DNA of 58,770 nt from a virus (taxonomy: Duplodnaviria; Caudoviricetes), in the IMG/VR virus record IMGVR_UViG_3300020283_000003, positions 1 to 58,770 of that record, one strand, 5' to 3'. Below are positions 52,590 through 58,770 of this stretch, piece by piece. The notes under the pieces were generated by a model. That model ran no database searches. It saw only the letters and a list, made by a program, of their open reading frames with translations, and was not told where the DNA came from. The translations under genes and the position numbers were made by a program. The first letter of the stretch is position 1. Every line of letters starts with the position of its first letter.

Positions 52590-52617
52590 TAAAAAGGGGG
52601 CATAAGCACTGCCCCCC
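52590..52617 (-). terminator. rho-independent terminator ending the early cluster
   Basis: GGGGGCA-GTGCTTA-TGCCCCC-TTTTT. Confidence 0.8.
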
Positions 52618-52740
52618 ACGAACAACTTAGGCACAACCCCTACATTGCGCCCATTGGGTCTTACATGGTCAGAGGTCTCCACACATAAAGGGCATATTCC
52701 ACTGGGGTCGCCCACCCTTGCCTGACCAATGCCCAGAGGA
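52590..52740 (-). ncRNA. candidate GC-rich structured RNA (possible pseudoknot)
   Basis: GGGCAT/ATGCCC and TGGTCAG/CTGACCA in crossed order, a GCGA-tetraloop hairpin, a further 9-bp hairpin, then the terminator. Confidence 0.4.
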
Positions 52741-52743
52741 GAG

Positions 52744-52995
52744 TTATAACTCCTCAAGCATTTCGTCCATCTCAACTGCGTTTACGTTTGGGTCGTCCCA
52801 TCTGACACCATCACCAGTTGTTTCTATTCCGTAGTTCGCAAAGATCTCCAATAAGTGTGACCAGTCCATTGCTCTACGTGCTATGTCGTAAAGTCCTTCG
52901 TCGTTGCCGATCCAGAGGGAGACATTCCACGTTTCGTAGTTTGTCCAACCGTTGTAGTTTTTGTGTGTTAAGTCTGTTTGAAAAATTGAAGTCAT
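52744..52995 (-). CDS. hypothetical early protein (YNGWTNYETWNVSLWI motif)
   Basis: Likely ATG at 52995 after AGGAG; own promoter upstream. Confidence 0.7.
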   Translation of the reverse strand: MTSIFQTDLTHKNYNGWTNYETWNVSLWIGNDEGLYDIARRAMDWSHLLEIFANYGIETTGDGVRWDDPNVNAVEMDEMLEEL

Positions 52996-53020
52996 GAATG
53001 CTCCTGTGTGGTATGAGTTC

Positions 53021-53080
53021 ATTATAACCTTAAATGTGTGAGAAAATAAGGTGTTAGTGGACAGAGTTTGAATTGGCATA
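53021..53080 (-). promoter_or_regulatory. dyad + -10 promoter unit 1
   Basis: TATGCCA-N10-TGTCCAC (53057-53080), 30 nt, then TATAAT. Confidence 0.65.
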
Positions 53081-53206
53081 CTCTAATAAGTCATGCTCTC
53101 TGAACAAATTGTAATAGGTGTCGTTCATTAACCCGAACTCAAACGAAGTGTTTGCATGTTGTTCGGTTACACCTTCGTAGCACTTTAAAATTTCTTCGTA
53201 GTTCAT
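53054..53206 (-). CDS. 50-aa hypothetical protein
   Basis: Translated by hand: MNYEEILKCYEGVTEQHANTSFEFGLMND...; TAATG coupling. Confidence 0.5.
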   Translation of the reverse strand: MNYEEILKCYEGVTEQHANTSFEFGLMNDTYYNLFREHDLLEYANSNSVH

Positions 53207-53304
53207 TAGTGCTTCCTTTGTCTGATGTATTCGCTGACTCTGTCATTTGCGTCAGCGATTAGGACGACTGAAAAGAGAATTAAAAATGTTTCAATCATTG
53301 GCAT
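53206..53304 (-). CDS. ~30-aa hydrophobic peptide
   Basis: Translated by hand: MPMIETFLILFSVVLIADANDRVSEYIRQRKH; fills the gap between coupled ORFs. Confidence 0.4.
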   Translation of the reverse strand: MPMIETFLILFSVVLIADANDRVSEYIRQRKH

Positions 53305-53423
53305 AAATCCTCAAAACGTTTTTGTGCAATTTCAATTTGTTGATCTTCTGAGAGGTAGGGGAAGCACTCTTGCACTTCCTCAAAAATTCCTTCTAAGATC
53401 ATTTCATTCTGTAAGCAACTCAT
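53295..53423 (-). CDS. 42-aa hypothetical protein
   Basis: Translated by hand: MSCLQNEMILEGIFEEVQECFPYLSEDQQIEIAQKRFEDLCQ; ATGA coupling. Confidence 0.6.
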   Translation of the reverse strand: MSCLQNEMILEGIFEEVQECFPYLSEDQQIEIAQKRFEDLCQ

Positions 53424-53674
53424 GAGAACACCTTAGGTAATGCGTACTTGCTGCAAGGGTGTGGATTATCTGGTGTACACCCGAAAGAAGCAAAGAAATC
53501 ATCAAGTGCTTCAAGGTTTAATTCAGGATCATCAAAATCAACCTTTGCGATTGACTGAACACCCCACTCGGCAACTTCATCAATGAATGTTTGGAAGTCT
53601 TCGCAGACATATGCTACGTTTTCAAAGTTGTCTACTTCTTTGATTCTTTTAATTAATCTTTGAGTTTTGGTCAT
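53420..53674 (-). CDS. hypothetical early protein
   Basis: First ORF after promoter unit 2. Confidence 0.7.
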   Translation of the reverse strand: MTKTQRLIKRIKEVDNFENVAYVCEDFQTFIDEVAEWGVQSIAKVDFDDPELNLEALDDFFASFGCTPDNPHPCSKYALPKVFS

Positions 53675-53703
53675 GTGTGGAAACCTCTGTTTGTTATACT
53701 ACT

Positions 53704-53763
53704 ATTATAAACGCAAAGGTGAGAAAAATAACCCACCCTTGTGACACTATTTTAATCGGCATA
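53704..53763 (-). promoter_or_regulatory. dyad + -10 promoter unit 2
   Basis: TATGCCG-N10-TGTCACA (53740-53763), 30 nt, then TATAAT. Confidence 0.7.
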
Positions 53764-53937
53764 GTATTCGCCTTCGGTAACTCTTGTGCCGTTTAGTGAA
53801 TACCAAACCACTTCGGCATGCCCGTACTGTTGTGCCATGTCATAGCACATGTCATAAGCGAATGAACCATAAGGTATTGGTTCTCTTATTACTGAACCGT
53901 TAAATTTTGCTTCAATGAATTTTTCAATCATAATCAT
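53752..53937 (-). CDS. hypothetical early protein
   Basis: ORF after promoter unit 3. Confidence 0.65.
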   Translation of the reverse strand: MIMIEKFIEAKFNGSVIREPIPYGSFAYDMCYDMAQQYGHAEVVWYSLNGTRVTEGEYYAD

Positions 53938-53968
53938 AATGTGGAAACCTTTAATTGTTTATACTATT

Positions 53969-54027
53969 AGTATGGCATATTTTTTTGCAAAACGCGAGCA
54001 AAAATGGACACTATTTTAATTGGCACA
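53969..54027 (-). promoter_or_regulatory. dyad + -10 promoter unit 3
   Basis: TGTGCCA-N10-TGTCCAT (54004-54027), 29 nt, then CATACT. Confidence 0.65.
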
Positions 54028-54210
54028 CTAGTAACCTTTTATGCCCCCGTCGCCGTAGACGTCCTCCATCAGTTCATTATATAATGACTTAAGTTCCTTA
54101 TTATCAAAATGATGATCTGGGACGATTAAGTTAAGGATTCTTTCCTTGGTTTTGTCATCAAAGTTTTTTGCCAAATCTTTGATTTCTTTGATAAGATAGT
54201 TTCTGTTCAT
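54028..54210 (-). CDS. hypothetical early protein
   Basis: ATGA-coupled ORF. Confidence 0.6.
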   Translation of the reverse strand: MNRNYLIKEIKDLAKNFDDKTKERILNLIVPDHHFDNKELKSLYNELMEDVYGDGGIKGY

Positions 54211-54419
54211 TTTAATTGAATGTCGTAATCAATGGATTTAATGCACCAACCTGATGCTGCGGTTATCTCTTCAATAAGGTCATCTTCATCGTCTGCTTCC
54301 CATACACCAAGTGCAAGGTCACGAATTTCAATCTCCTCATCAAATGTGAGTTTACTTTCCCAGTTCCGATCATACCAATCGTCAAAGTCAAACTCAACTT
54401 CGGTTACGTTAAATTTCAT
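54207..54419 (-). CDS. acidic hypothetical early protein
   Basis: Likely ATG at 54419 (MKFNVTEVEFDFDD...WEADDEDDLIEEIT..SGWCIKSIDY); TAATG coupling. Confidence 0.7.
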   Translation of the reverse strand: MKFNVTEVEFDFDDWYDRNWESKLTFDEEIEIRDLALGVWEADDEDDLIEEITAASGWCIKSIDYDIQLK

Positions 54420-54604
54420 TAGTGAGTACACCTCTTGTCTGTGTATGCGTCTTCATTCCAATGTTCCCCATCTTCAAGAACACCTAAGTTAATCGCGATT
54501 GCGTCATAACATTCCATCGCTGATCTACTCATTCTGTTACATGTGTAGTCCCAACCTAAGTTAGCGAAGTCATCATAAAGTTTTGAAACGTTAATTTTTT
54601 TCAT
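54419..54604 (-). CDS. hypothetical early protein
   Basis: First ORF after promoter unit 4. Confidence 0.65.
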   Translation of the reverse strand: MKKINVSKLYDDFANLGWDYTCNRMSRSAMECYDAIAINLGVLEDGEHWNEDAYTDKRCTH

Positions 54605-54631
54605 GTGTGGATTAATGAATTGTATGACTTA

Positions 54632-54690
54632 AGTATAATTCAAAATATTTAAAAATGAAATAAAAAATGTACACCTTGTAAAGTGTCACA
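54632..54690 (-). promoter_or_regulatory. dyad + -10 promoter unit 4
   Basis: TGTGACA-N10-TGTACAT (54667-54690), 29 nt, then TATACT. Confidence 0.7.
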
Positions 54691-54691
54691 A

Positions 54692-54856
54692 TCATTCTAT
54701 AAATTCCAGATCTTCGGGACGATATGTGATACGATCGTTTCGGGACTCGTCGCAGGTGATCAAAACGATCTTATTGAGCTCTGGAAACAGAGAGAGAACC
54801 CACCACTCCCGATCCTCTGGGTCTCTCACCTTATCACCAATTGAAAAATTAGTCAC
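54692..54856 (-). CDS. 54-aa KOW/SH3-like hypothetical protein
   Basis: Translated by hand from GTG after AAGGAGG: MTNFSIGDKVRDPEDREWWV...YRPEDLEFIE. Confidence 0.6.
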   Translation of the reverse strand: MTNFSIGDKVRDPEDREWWVLSLFPELNKIVLITCDESRNDRITYRPEDLEFIE

Positions 54857-55101
54857 GAAACCTCCTTAAGTTCTTCTAACGTGTACTTCCAATCGTCTAA
54901 CCAAAAATCCTCACAATCACTAAGAAATTCTGCTTCGGGTTGATTTTCAACGTCTTGCATCATACTATTATAAACGTACTCTTGCAAGTCTTGAGTCGTC
55001 ATAGTCTCAACCCATCTTTCAACGTACCACTCTTGTAGTGTGGAATATTGAGAGGCGGTTAGTCCCGTCCTCTCTTTTTTCAGTTTGTCATTTAATGTCA
55101 T
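54853..55101 (-). CDS. hypothetical early protein
   Basis: Coupled acidic ORF. Confidence 0.65.
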   Translation of the reverse strand: MTLNDKLKKERTGLTASQYSTLQEWYVERWVETMTTQDLQEYVYNSMMQDVENQPEAEFLSDCEDFWLDDWKYTLEELKEVS

Positions 55102-55436
55102 TACACCACGGGGATAGAGATGCCATCATGAAAAGGGACGATTGTATTAAATGCCCTAACGTACCAGTTCCAATTCTTCTGAAAAATTCCATTAGACATT
55201 GGTTCACAAAACTCATTAATAAGTGCATTGAGTCTGGATTTTGTGGTGTTGGTGAACCACCCGCCACCAGAAAATAGGGTCAAATTCTGATCCGTGACTG
55301 TTGCAATGTGGTTTCCGTGCAGGTAAACCTCAGCTGACATATTATTTGTTGGGTCATAAGTAACGCAAGTGTTATCTTTAGACCATGCGTGACCATTTCT
55401 GATCGCTTCATTCATTTCAAGTTCAATTTTTCTCAT
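55101..55436 (-). CDS. hypothetical early protein
   Basis: MRKIELEMNEAI...VYLHGNHIA...TNTTKSRLNAL...FQKNWNWYV; first ORF after promoter unit 5. Confidence 0.75.
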   Translation of the reverse strand: MRKIELEMNEAIRNGHAWSKDNTCVTYDPTNNMSAEVYLHGNHIATVTDQNLTLFSGGGWFTNTTKSRLNALINEFCEPMSNGIFQKNWNWYVRAFNTIVPFHDGISIPVV

Positions 55437-55463
55437 GTGTGGATTGAATTGCTTTACTCTTTA

Positions 55464-55522
55464 ATATTAACAGAAAAGGGGGTGATTGAAACCCCCTGTG
55501 TGACACTAATTAAATTGGTCTA
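55464..55522 (-). promoter_or_regulatory. dyad + terminator-like hairpin + -10 promoter unit 5
   Basis: TAGACCA-N10-TGTCACA (55499-55522); GGGGG-N9-CCCCC-TTTT hairpin; TAATAT 29 nt downstream. Confidence 0.6.
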
Positions 55523-55662
55523 CGCATGTCCCTAACATATAACTCTTTTGTTATCATGTCATGTGTCTCTGGTGATATGTCCTCTTTGAGACAACTGCGT
55601 AAGTAATTACTGGACAAACTGCGTATGTCGTCCAGTGTTAAATCTTGCATTTGATATTCCAT
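55510..55662 (-). CDS. 50-aa hypothetical protein
   Basis: Translated by hand: MEYQMQDLTLDDIRSLSSNYLRSCL...; TAATG coupling. Confidence 0.5.
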   Translation of the reverse strand: MEYQMQDLTLDDIRSLSSNYLRSCLKEDISPETHDMITKELYVRDMRRPI

Positions 55663-56150
55663 TATGCCCCCAAATAACCTGCAACTTGGGCGCCTGGTTC
55701 ATCATAGAACCACGTAATATCAACTGTTGGGTATTTTTCACGAAGAGCATAATATATTTGCTCAGGTGGTGACCATGCAGTTTCAAAGGTGACTTGAAAA
55801 CTGTAATCATCACCATCTAGTTCTGAATACTTGCCGTCAATGTCCCATTTAGTTCCCCAGTTGTTGATGTTCCAGTCATACCATCTGTCATCATTCATAT
55901 CAGTTGACGGAAAGTATAGACCCTTACCGAATCCTTTGTCCTTGACGACTGGTAGTTCACCAACTTCACCACGAGGTTTTGAGAACGAATATTCTTGCAC
56001 GTCCTCTGGTGCTAGTGGTGTTTTCTCCCAGTTTGGGGGTGGAACTATCTTTTTAAAGACATCATCAGATTCAAAGATTTCACGAAGTTCCTTAATTTTG
56101 GAAGTATCGTCAGAGTAGAAGTCAACTCTGTTGTTGCACCAGTTTGGCAT
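55662..56150 (-). CDS. DUF1281/YubB ferredoxin-like domain protein
   Basis: MPNWCNN, WYDWNINNWGTKWD, FETAWSPP, YDEPG. Confidence 0.8.
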   Translation of the reverse strand: MPNWCNNRVDFYSDDTSKIKELREIFESDDVFKKIVPPPNWEKTPLAPEDVQEYSFSKPRGEVGELPVVKDKGFGKGLYFPSTDMNDDRWYDWNINNWGTKWDIDGKYSELDGDDYSFQVTFETAWSPPEQIYYALREKYPTVDITWFYDEPGAQVAGYLGA

Positions 56151-56176
56151 AATTGTTTCTTGTGTGGTATATAACC

Positions 56177-56236
56177 ATTATAACCGCACATTACGCACCT
56201 TGATATGCCGAGTGTGCCACTTCTTCTTTTGTCACA
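56177..56236 (-). promoter_or_regulatory. dyad + -10 promoter unit 6
   Basis: TGTGACA-N10-TGGCACA (56213-56236), 30 nt, then TATAAT. Confidence 0.7.
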
Positions 56237-56415
56237 CGGACCCAACGGATCGGATCACCGCTGGTCATCTTCCAAATAATTTGATCACCGAATCTGGTTT
56301 GATCGCGCGCCACGCGGTATGCTGTGTTAATATCCGCGCAGTAGACACAACCATCAGAGTCGAAGTTAAACCACGAAGACGGTTGGACTGCCCATCCTAG
56401 GGAATTATTTTCCAT
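56191..56415 (-). CDS. hypothetical early protein
   Basis: Packed ORF in the cluster. Confidence 0.6.
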   Translation of the reverse strand: MENNSLGWAVQPSSWFNFDSDGCVYCADINTAYRVARDQTRFGDQIIWKMTSGDPIRWVRVTKEEVAHSAYQGA

Positions 56416-56626
56416 GTAGTGCCCCCTTTACATCGCTGGTTAAAATTGTAGAGTAACCGTTGGTGATGTTGTCAACCAGGTTATCATAAGTTTGTAGATC
56501 CCATCCTTTCTGATCAGGGATATCCAAATCATAACCCATCATGACTAGGTCATACATCATGTCAAATTGTGACGGGGTTAATTGAATGTTGATGCCGTTT
56601 GGTGATTGTCTCATAATAAAATTCAA
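56405..56626 (-). CDS. hypothetical early protein
   Basis: ORF after promoter unit 7; true start may be the ATG at 56614. Confidence 0.6.
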   Translation of the reverse strand: MNFIMRQSPNGINIQLTPSQFDMMYDLVMMGYDLDIPDQKGWDLQTYDNLVDNITNGYSTILTSDVKGALHGK

Positions 56627-56636
56627 CGTTACATTT

Positions 56637-56696
56637 AATTTAATCTACAGGAACTGCAGTTGCAAGTCCTCGTGTGCCAGTTAATTAATTGGCATG
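56637..56696 (-). promoter_or_regulatory. dyad + promoter unit 7
   Basis: CATGCCA-N10-TGGCACA (56673-56696); TTGCAA-N17-TAAATT; -10 is 30 nt from the dyad. Confidence 0.65.
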
Positions 56697-56954
56697 TACG
56701 TAATCATAATCTTGTAGGAGGATGTCACGGACTCTTTCACGATCCAAGGAATCACCATCTCCCCACGAATAGTGCACATATTCCAAATCACCTTTCATGC
56801 ATCGATCGATGTAATCTAATGCTGCTCTCAAGATATCCACTTTGTGCAGTGGTTCCTGTGTGCTTTGTTCGATCAGCGGATAGAGCGGATCATTGGTACC
56901 GTAGAATGAATCAACGTAATCTACGAACTCTGGAACATTGTTAGGATAATCCAT
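56685..56954 (-). CDS. hypothetical early protein
   Basis: FVDYVDSFYG...LYP...WGDGDSLDRERVRDIL; GAGG upstream. Confidence 0.7.
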   Translation of the reverse strand: MDYPNNVPEFVDYVDSFYGTNDPLYPLIEQSTQEPLHKVDILRAALDYIDRCMKGDLEYVHYSWGDGDSLDRERVRDILLQDYDYVHAN

Positions 56955-56974
56955 AAACCTCTGAGAAATGACGA

Positions 56975-57065
56975 GAGAAACAAAAACTGGACTTATGTTG
57001 CTTTACATGAGAATTACTAACTCTTCGAGTGTTGTTCCGATCTGGGCATGCCAGTTTTGTTTCCC
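56975..57065 (-). ncRNA. candidate structured leader or small RNA
   Basis: ~15-bp closing stem GGGAAACAAAACTGG/CCAGTTTTTGTTTCTC beginning at the predicted TSS of promoter unit 8. Confidence 0.5.
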
Positions 57066-57071
57066 ATCTTT

Positions 57072-57130
57072 AATATACATCAAAAAAGGCACCCTTGGTG
57101 GATGCCTGTGCCACTAATATTATTGTCACA
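57072..57130 (-). promoter_or_regulatory. dyad + terminator-like hairpin + -10 promoter unit 8
   Basis: TGTGACA-N10-TGGCACA (57107-57130); AGGCATCC/GGTGCCT-TTTTT hairpin; TATATT 29 nt downstream. Confidence 0.65.
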
Positions 57131-57161
57131 TCTGGTATACATCATTCTCAATAACGAGGTA

Positions 57162-57368
57162 CTATTGAGAATAAAGAATATCGGCTGCCTGGTCCACATC
57201 GTCTTCCTCATGCTCCGAGACGGTAACCTCGACTGTCTCGTCTGATTCCAACATGAGAATTCTATGCCAATCCAGTACCCGCAGCACCTGCGCGTCTAGA
57301 TCCCCGTATGCATCTAGATCTAGATGCACTGAGACTTTACGTTTTTGACTGAGGTAAGGAGTTGACAT
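57162..57368 (-). CDS. hypothetical protein
   Basis: 68-aa ORF with an upstream TTGCGC-N17-TATAAT promoter. Confidence 0.65.
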   Translation of the reverse strand: MSTPYLSQKRKVSVHLDLDAYGDLDAQVLRVLDWHRILMLESDETVEVTVSEHEEDDVDQAADILYSQ

Positions 57369-57389
57369 AAGGAGTAGAGGTGTGCTAAG

Positions 57390-57714
57390 CTCGACTAGAT
57401 TATTATATCACTCATAGGGTTTGCGCGCAAGCTCGTCGAGATTGTGTACGTCTCGCGCAGGTATCTCGTCGAGATTAGTACGCATGTGCTCGTCCGCGTC
57501 AGGAAGCTCGACGAGATATTCATAAGACCAATCGTACATAGCTCGACTAGATTGTGTGTGTCATACATGTAGTATAGCATATTTATGAGAACTCGTCGAG
57601 ATTTGTTACAGTTTGTGAACATTCTAGACGAGATTATTATAATGCGCGAAAGCTAGTCGAGAATTATGATGTGTGTATCTCGACTAGATCATAATGCGCG
57701 GATCTCGACTAGAT
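57390..57714. repeat. array of ten 11-bp quasi-palindromic repeats CTMGWCKAGAT
   Basis: Copies start at 57390, 57432, 57465, 57507, 57542, 57592, 57624, 57653, 57679, 57704. Confidence 0.85.
57402..57430 (-). promoter_or_regulatory. sigma70-like promoter TTGCGC-N17-TATAAT flanked by repeats 1 and 2
   Basis: -35 at 57425-57430 and -10 at 57402-57407. Confidence 0.6.
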
Positions 57715-57729
57715 TTTGGGGCGGTGGGG

Positions 57730-57758
57730 TTGACAAACTCCGATTCTTATGCTATGCT
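57730..57758 (+). promoter_or_regulatory. sigma70-like promoter TTGACA-N17-TATGCT (extended -10)
   Basis: -35 at 57730-57735 and -10 at 57753-57758; points toward the GIY-YIG gene. Confidence 0.7.
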
Positions 57759-57887
57759 CGCTAAGATAACATAAGATCTCTACCTTTCTCAATAATTAAT
57801 GATAATGAGAATCAATTACATCACACAACCATATTTTTGTCAATAATTCCCTATATACATGTACATACGTGAACATCTCATTATTCT

Positions 57888-58649
57888 ATGGCAATAAAAC
57901 AAGGTACAATCTACTGTATTACCAACAAAGTAAATAAGAAACAATACGTAGGACATACAACTCTACCAATTAACAAGATATGGAAGAATCACATAACAGA
58001 TACTACCCATAAGGACTTATACAAGGATATAAAACAACAAGGTACTGGTAGATTTAATATATCTGTATTGGAAGAAACAACAACTGATAGGTTAGAAGAA
58101 CGTAAGGACTATTATATTAGTAAACTGGGTAGTGAATATAATAACCGTGAGGTAGCAGAAAAGATAATAATAAAGAATAAGGAGAAGACCAAGGAATGGG
58201 TCAACAACATAAAGAATAGTATTAATAAGAAAGTAGCATCAGGAGAGAAATGGGGTTTTATGTGTGAAGAGCATAGAGGTGACGGTACACACATGAAACA
58301 GAAGATAGAGGGAACATGTGTCAAGACTGGAGATATAAAGATATGGAATAGTATAAGTGATGCAGCAGCAGATGTCGCAGGTGATAAGAAGAGAAATGGT
58401 AATATTGTACTGGCAGCCCGTAATGGATGGGAAGCATACGGGTACACATGGAAAAAGATAGGTAAGAACCTACACAAACGTAAAATATATGGTGTACACA
58501 AGTCTAATGGTAAGAAGACAATGGTATATGAATCTATATCTGCTGCCGAGCGTACTATTAATGGTAAACGTGGCGGTGGTATTCGTAAATCGTTATTATA
58601 TCCTGGTAAAAGGACATGGAAAGGTTATTATTGGTATTATGCCGATTGA
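57888..58649 (+). CDS. GIY-YIG/Seg-like protein with two NUMOD1-like domains, probably nuclease-inactive
   Basis: GTIYCITNKVNKKQYVG; WNSISDAA...AYGYTWK and YESISAAER...WKGYYWYY repeats; catalytic Arg and Glu appear substituted. Confidence 0.8.
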   Translation: MAIKQGTIYCITNKVNKKQYVGHTTLPINKIWKNHITDTTHKDLYKDIKQQGTGRFNISVLEETTTDRLEERKDYYISKLGSEYNNREVAEKIIIKNKEKTKEWVNNIKNSINKKVASGEKWGFMCEEHRGDGTHMKQKIEGTCVKTGDIKIWNSISDAAADVAGDKKRNGNIVLAARNGWEAYGYTWKKIGKNLHKRKIYGVHKSNGKKTMVYESISAAERTINGKRGGGIRKSLLYPGKRTWKGYYWYYAD

Positions 58650-58770
58650 TTATTCTTTATCTGGTGGATTATCAGGTGCAATGAGGTGACCACCAATATG
58701 ATGATCAGTCCACATGTTGTGTATCCATCCTGTTACAATATACTTGTTACCTGAGAGTACCATGTTACCC
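58650..58770 (-). CDS. C-terminus of a probable 2OG-Fe(II) oxygenase (partial)
   Basis: Translated by hand: ...GNMVLSGNKYIVTGWIHNMW...; matches the (H.)G..V.SG.KY..TGW end of prolyl-hydroxylase-like oxygenases. Confidence 0.6.
   Translation of the reverse strand, partial: GNMVLSGNKYIVTGWIHNMWTDHHIGGHLIAPDNPPDKE

Noticed and set aside
52569-52775. 68-aa ORF over the GC-rich region
   Set aside because: It overlaps the upstream gene out of frame and runs through a terminator; RNA structure explains the region better
53057-57130. Dyads as canonical CRP or NtcA sites
   Set aside because: Half-site spacing (TGTGA-N14-TCACA) does not fit CRP (N6), and the motif is not GTA-N8-TAC
57395-57622. 75-aa ORF across the repeat array
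   Set aside because: Its sequence is dictated by the repeats, it overlaps promoters, and it shows no protein-like features
57390-57714. CRISPR or TIGR-type array interpretation of the repeats
   Set aside because: Repeats are only 11 bp, the period is irregular (25-50 nt), and no cas or Nop-domain gene is visible in the window
1-58770. tRNA, rRNA, integrase or transposase genes
   Set aside because: None recognised by eye; tRNAscan-SE would be needed to exclude tRNAs formally

Overview
This window is from a low-GC T4-like marine cyanomyovirus (Kyanoviridae-like, probably infecting Prochlorococcus or Synechococcus; this is inferred from gene content and order). Nearly all genes are on the minus strand. 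Positions ~1.4-50.5 kb hold the virion morphogenesis module: gp25, gp6, a 7120-aa gp7-like protein, gp8, a VrlC/DUF4815-like 2478-aa protein, gp13-gp16, inserted internal-head-like proteins, and gp17-gp23, with T4-type late promoters (TATAAATA/ATAAATA). Positions ~50.5-52.5 kb hold small genes, including a glycosyltransferase-like gene and an AbrB-like gene. Positions ~52.7-57.4 kb are an early-type cluster of tiny ORFs. Its promoters share a 24-bp dyad set 29-30 nt upstream of the -10 box. At the strand switch (57.4-57.7 kb), ten short palindromic repeats lie between divergent promoters, followed by an apparently catalytically dead GIY-YIG/NUMOD1 gene. The main highlights are: (1) a ~3000-aa repeat region in gp7 whose half-domains nest like balanced parentheses, implying a branched protein; (2) the repeat array plus dead-endonuclease module; (3) the repeated dyad/promoter cassettes; (4) three candidate structured RNAs; (5) a Trp/Arg-rich segment in a virion protein. 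All calls were made by eye, without database searches.
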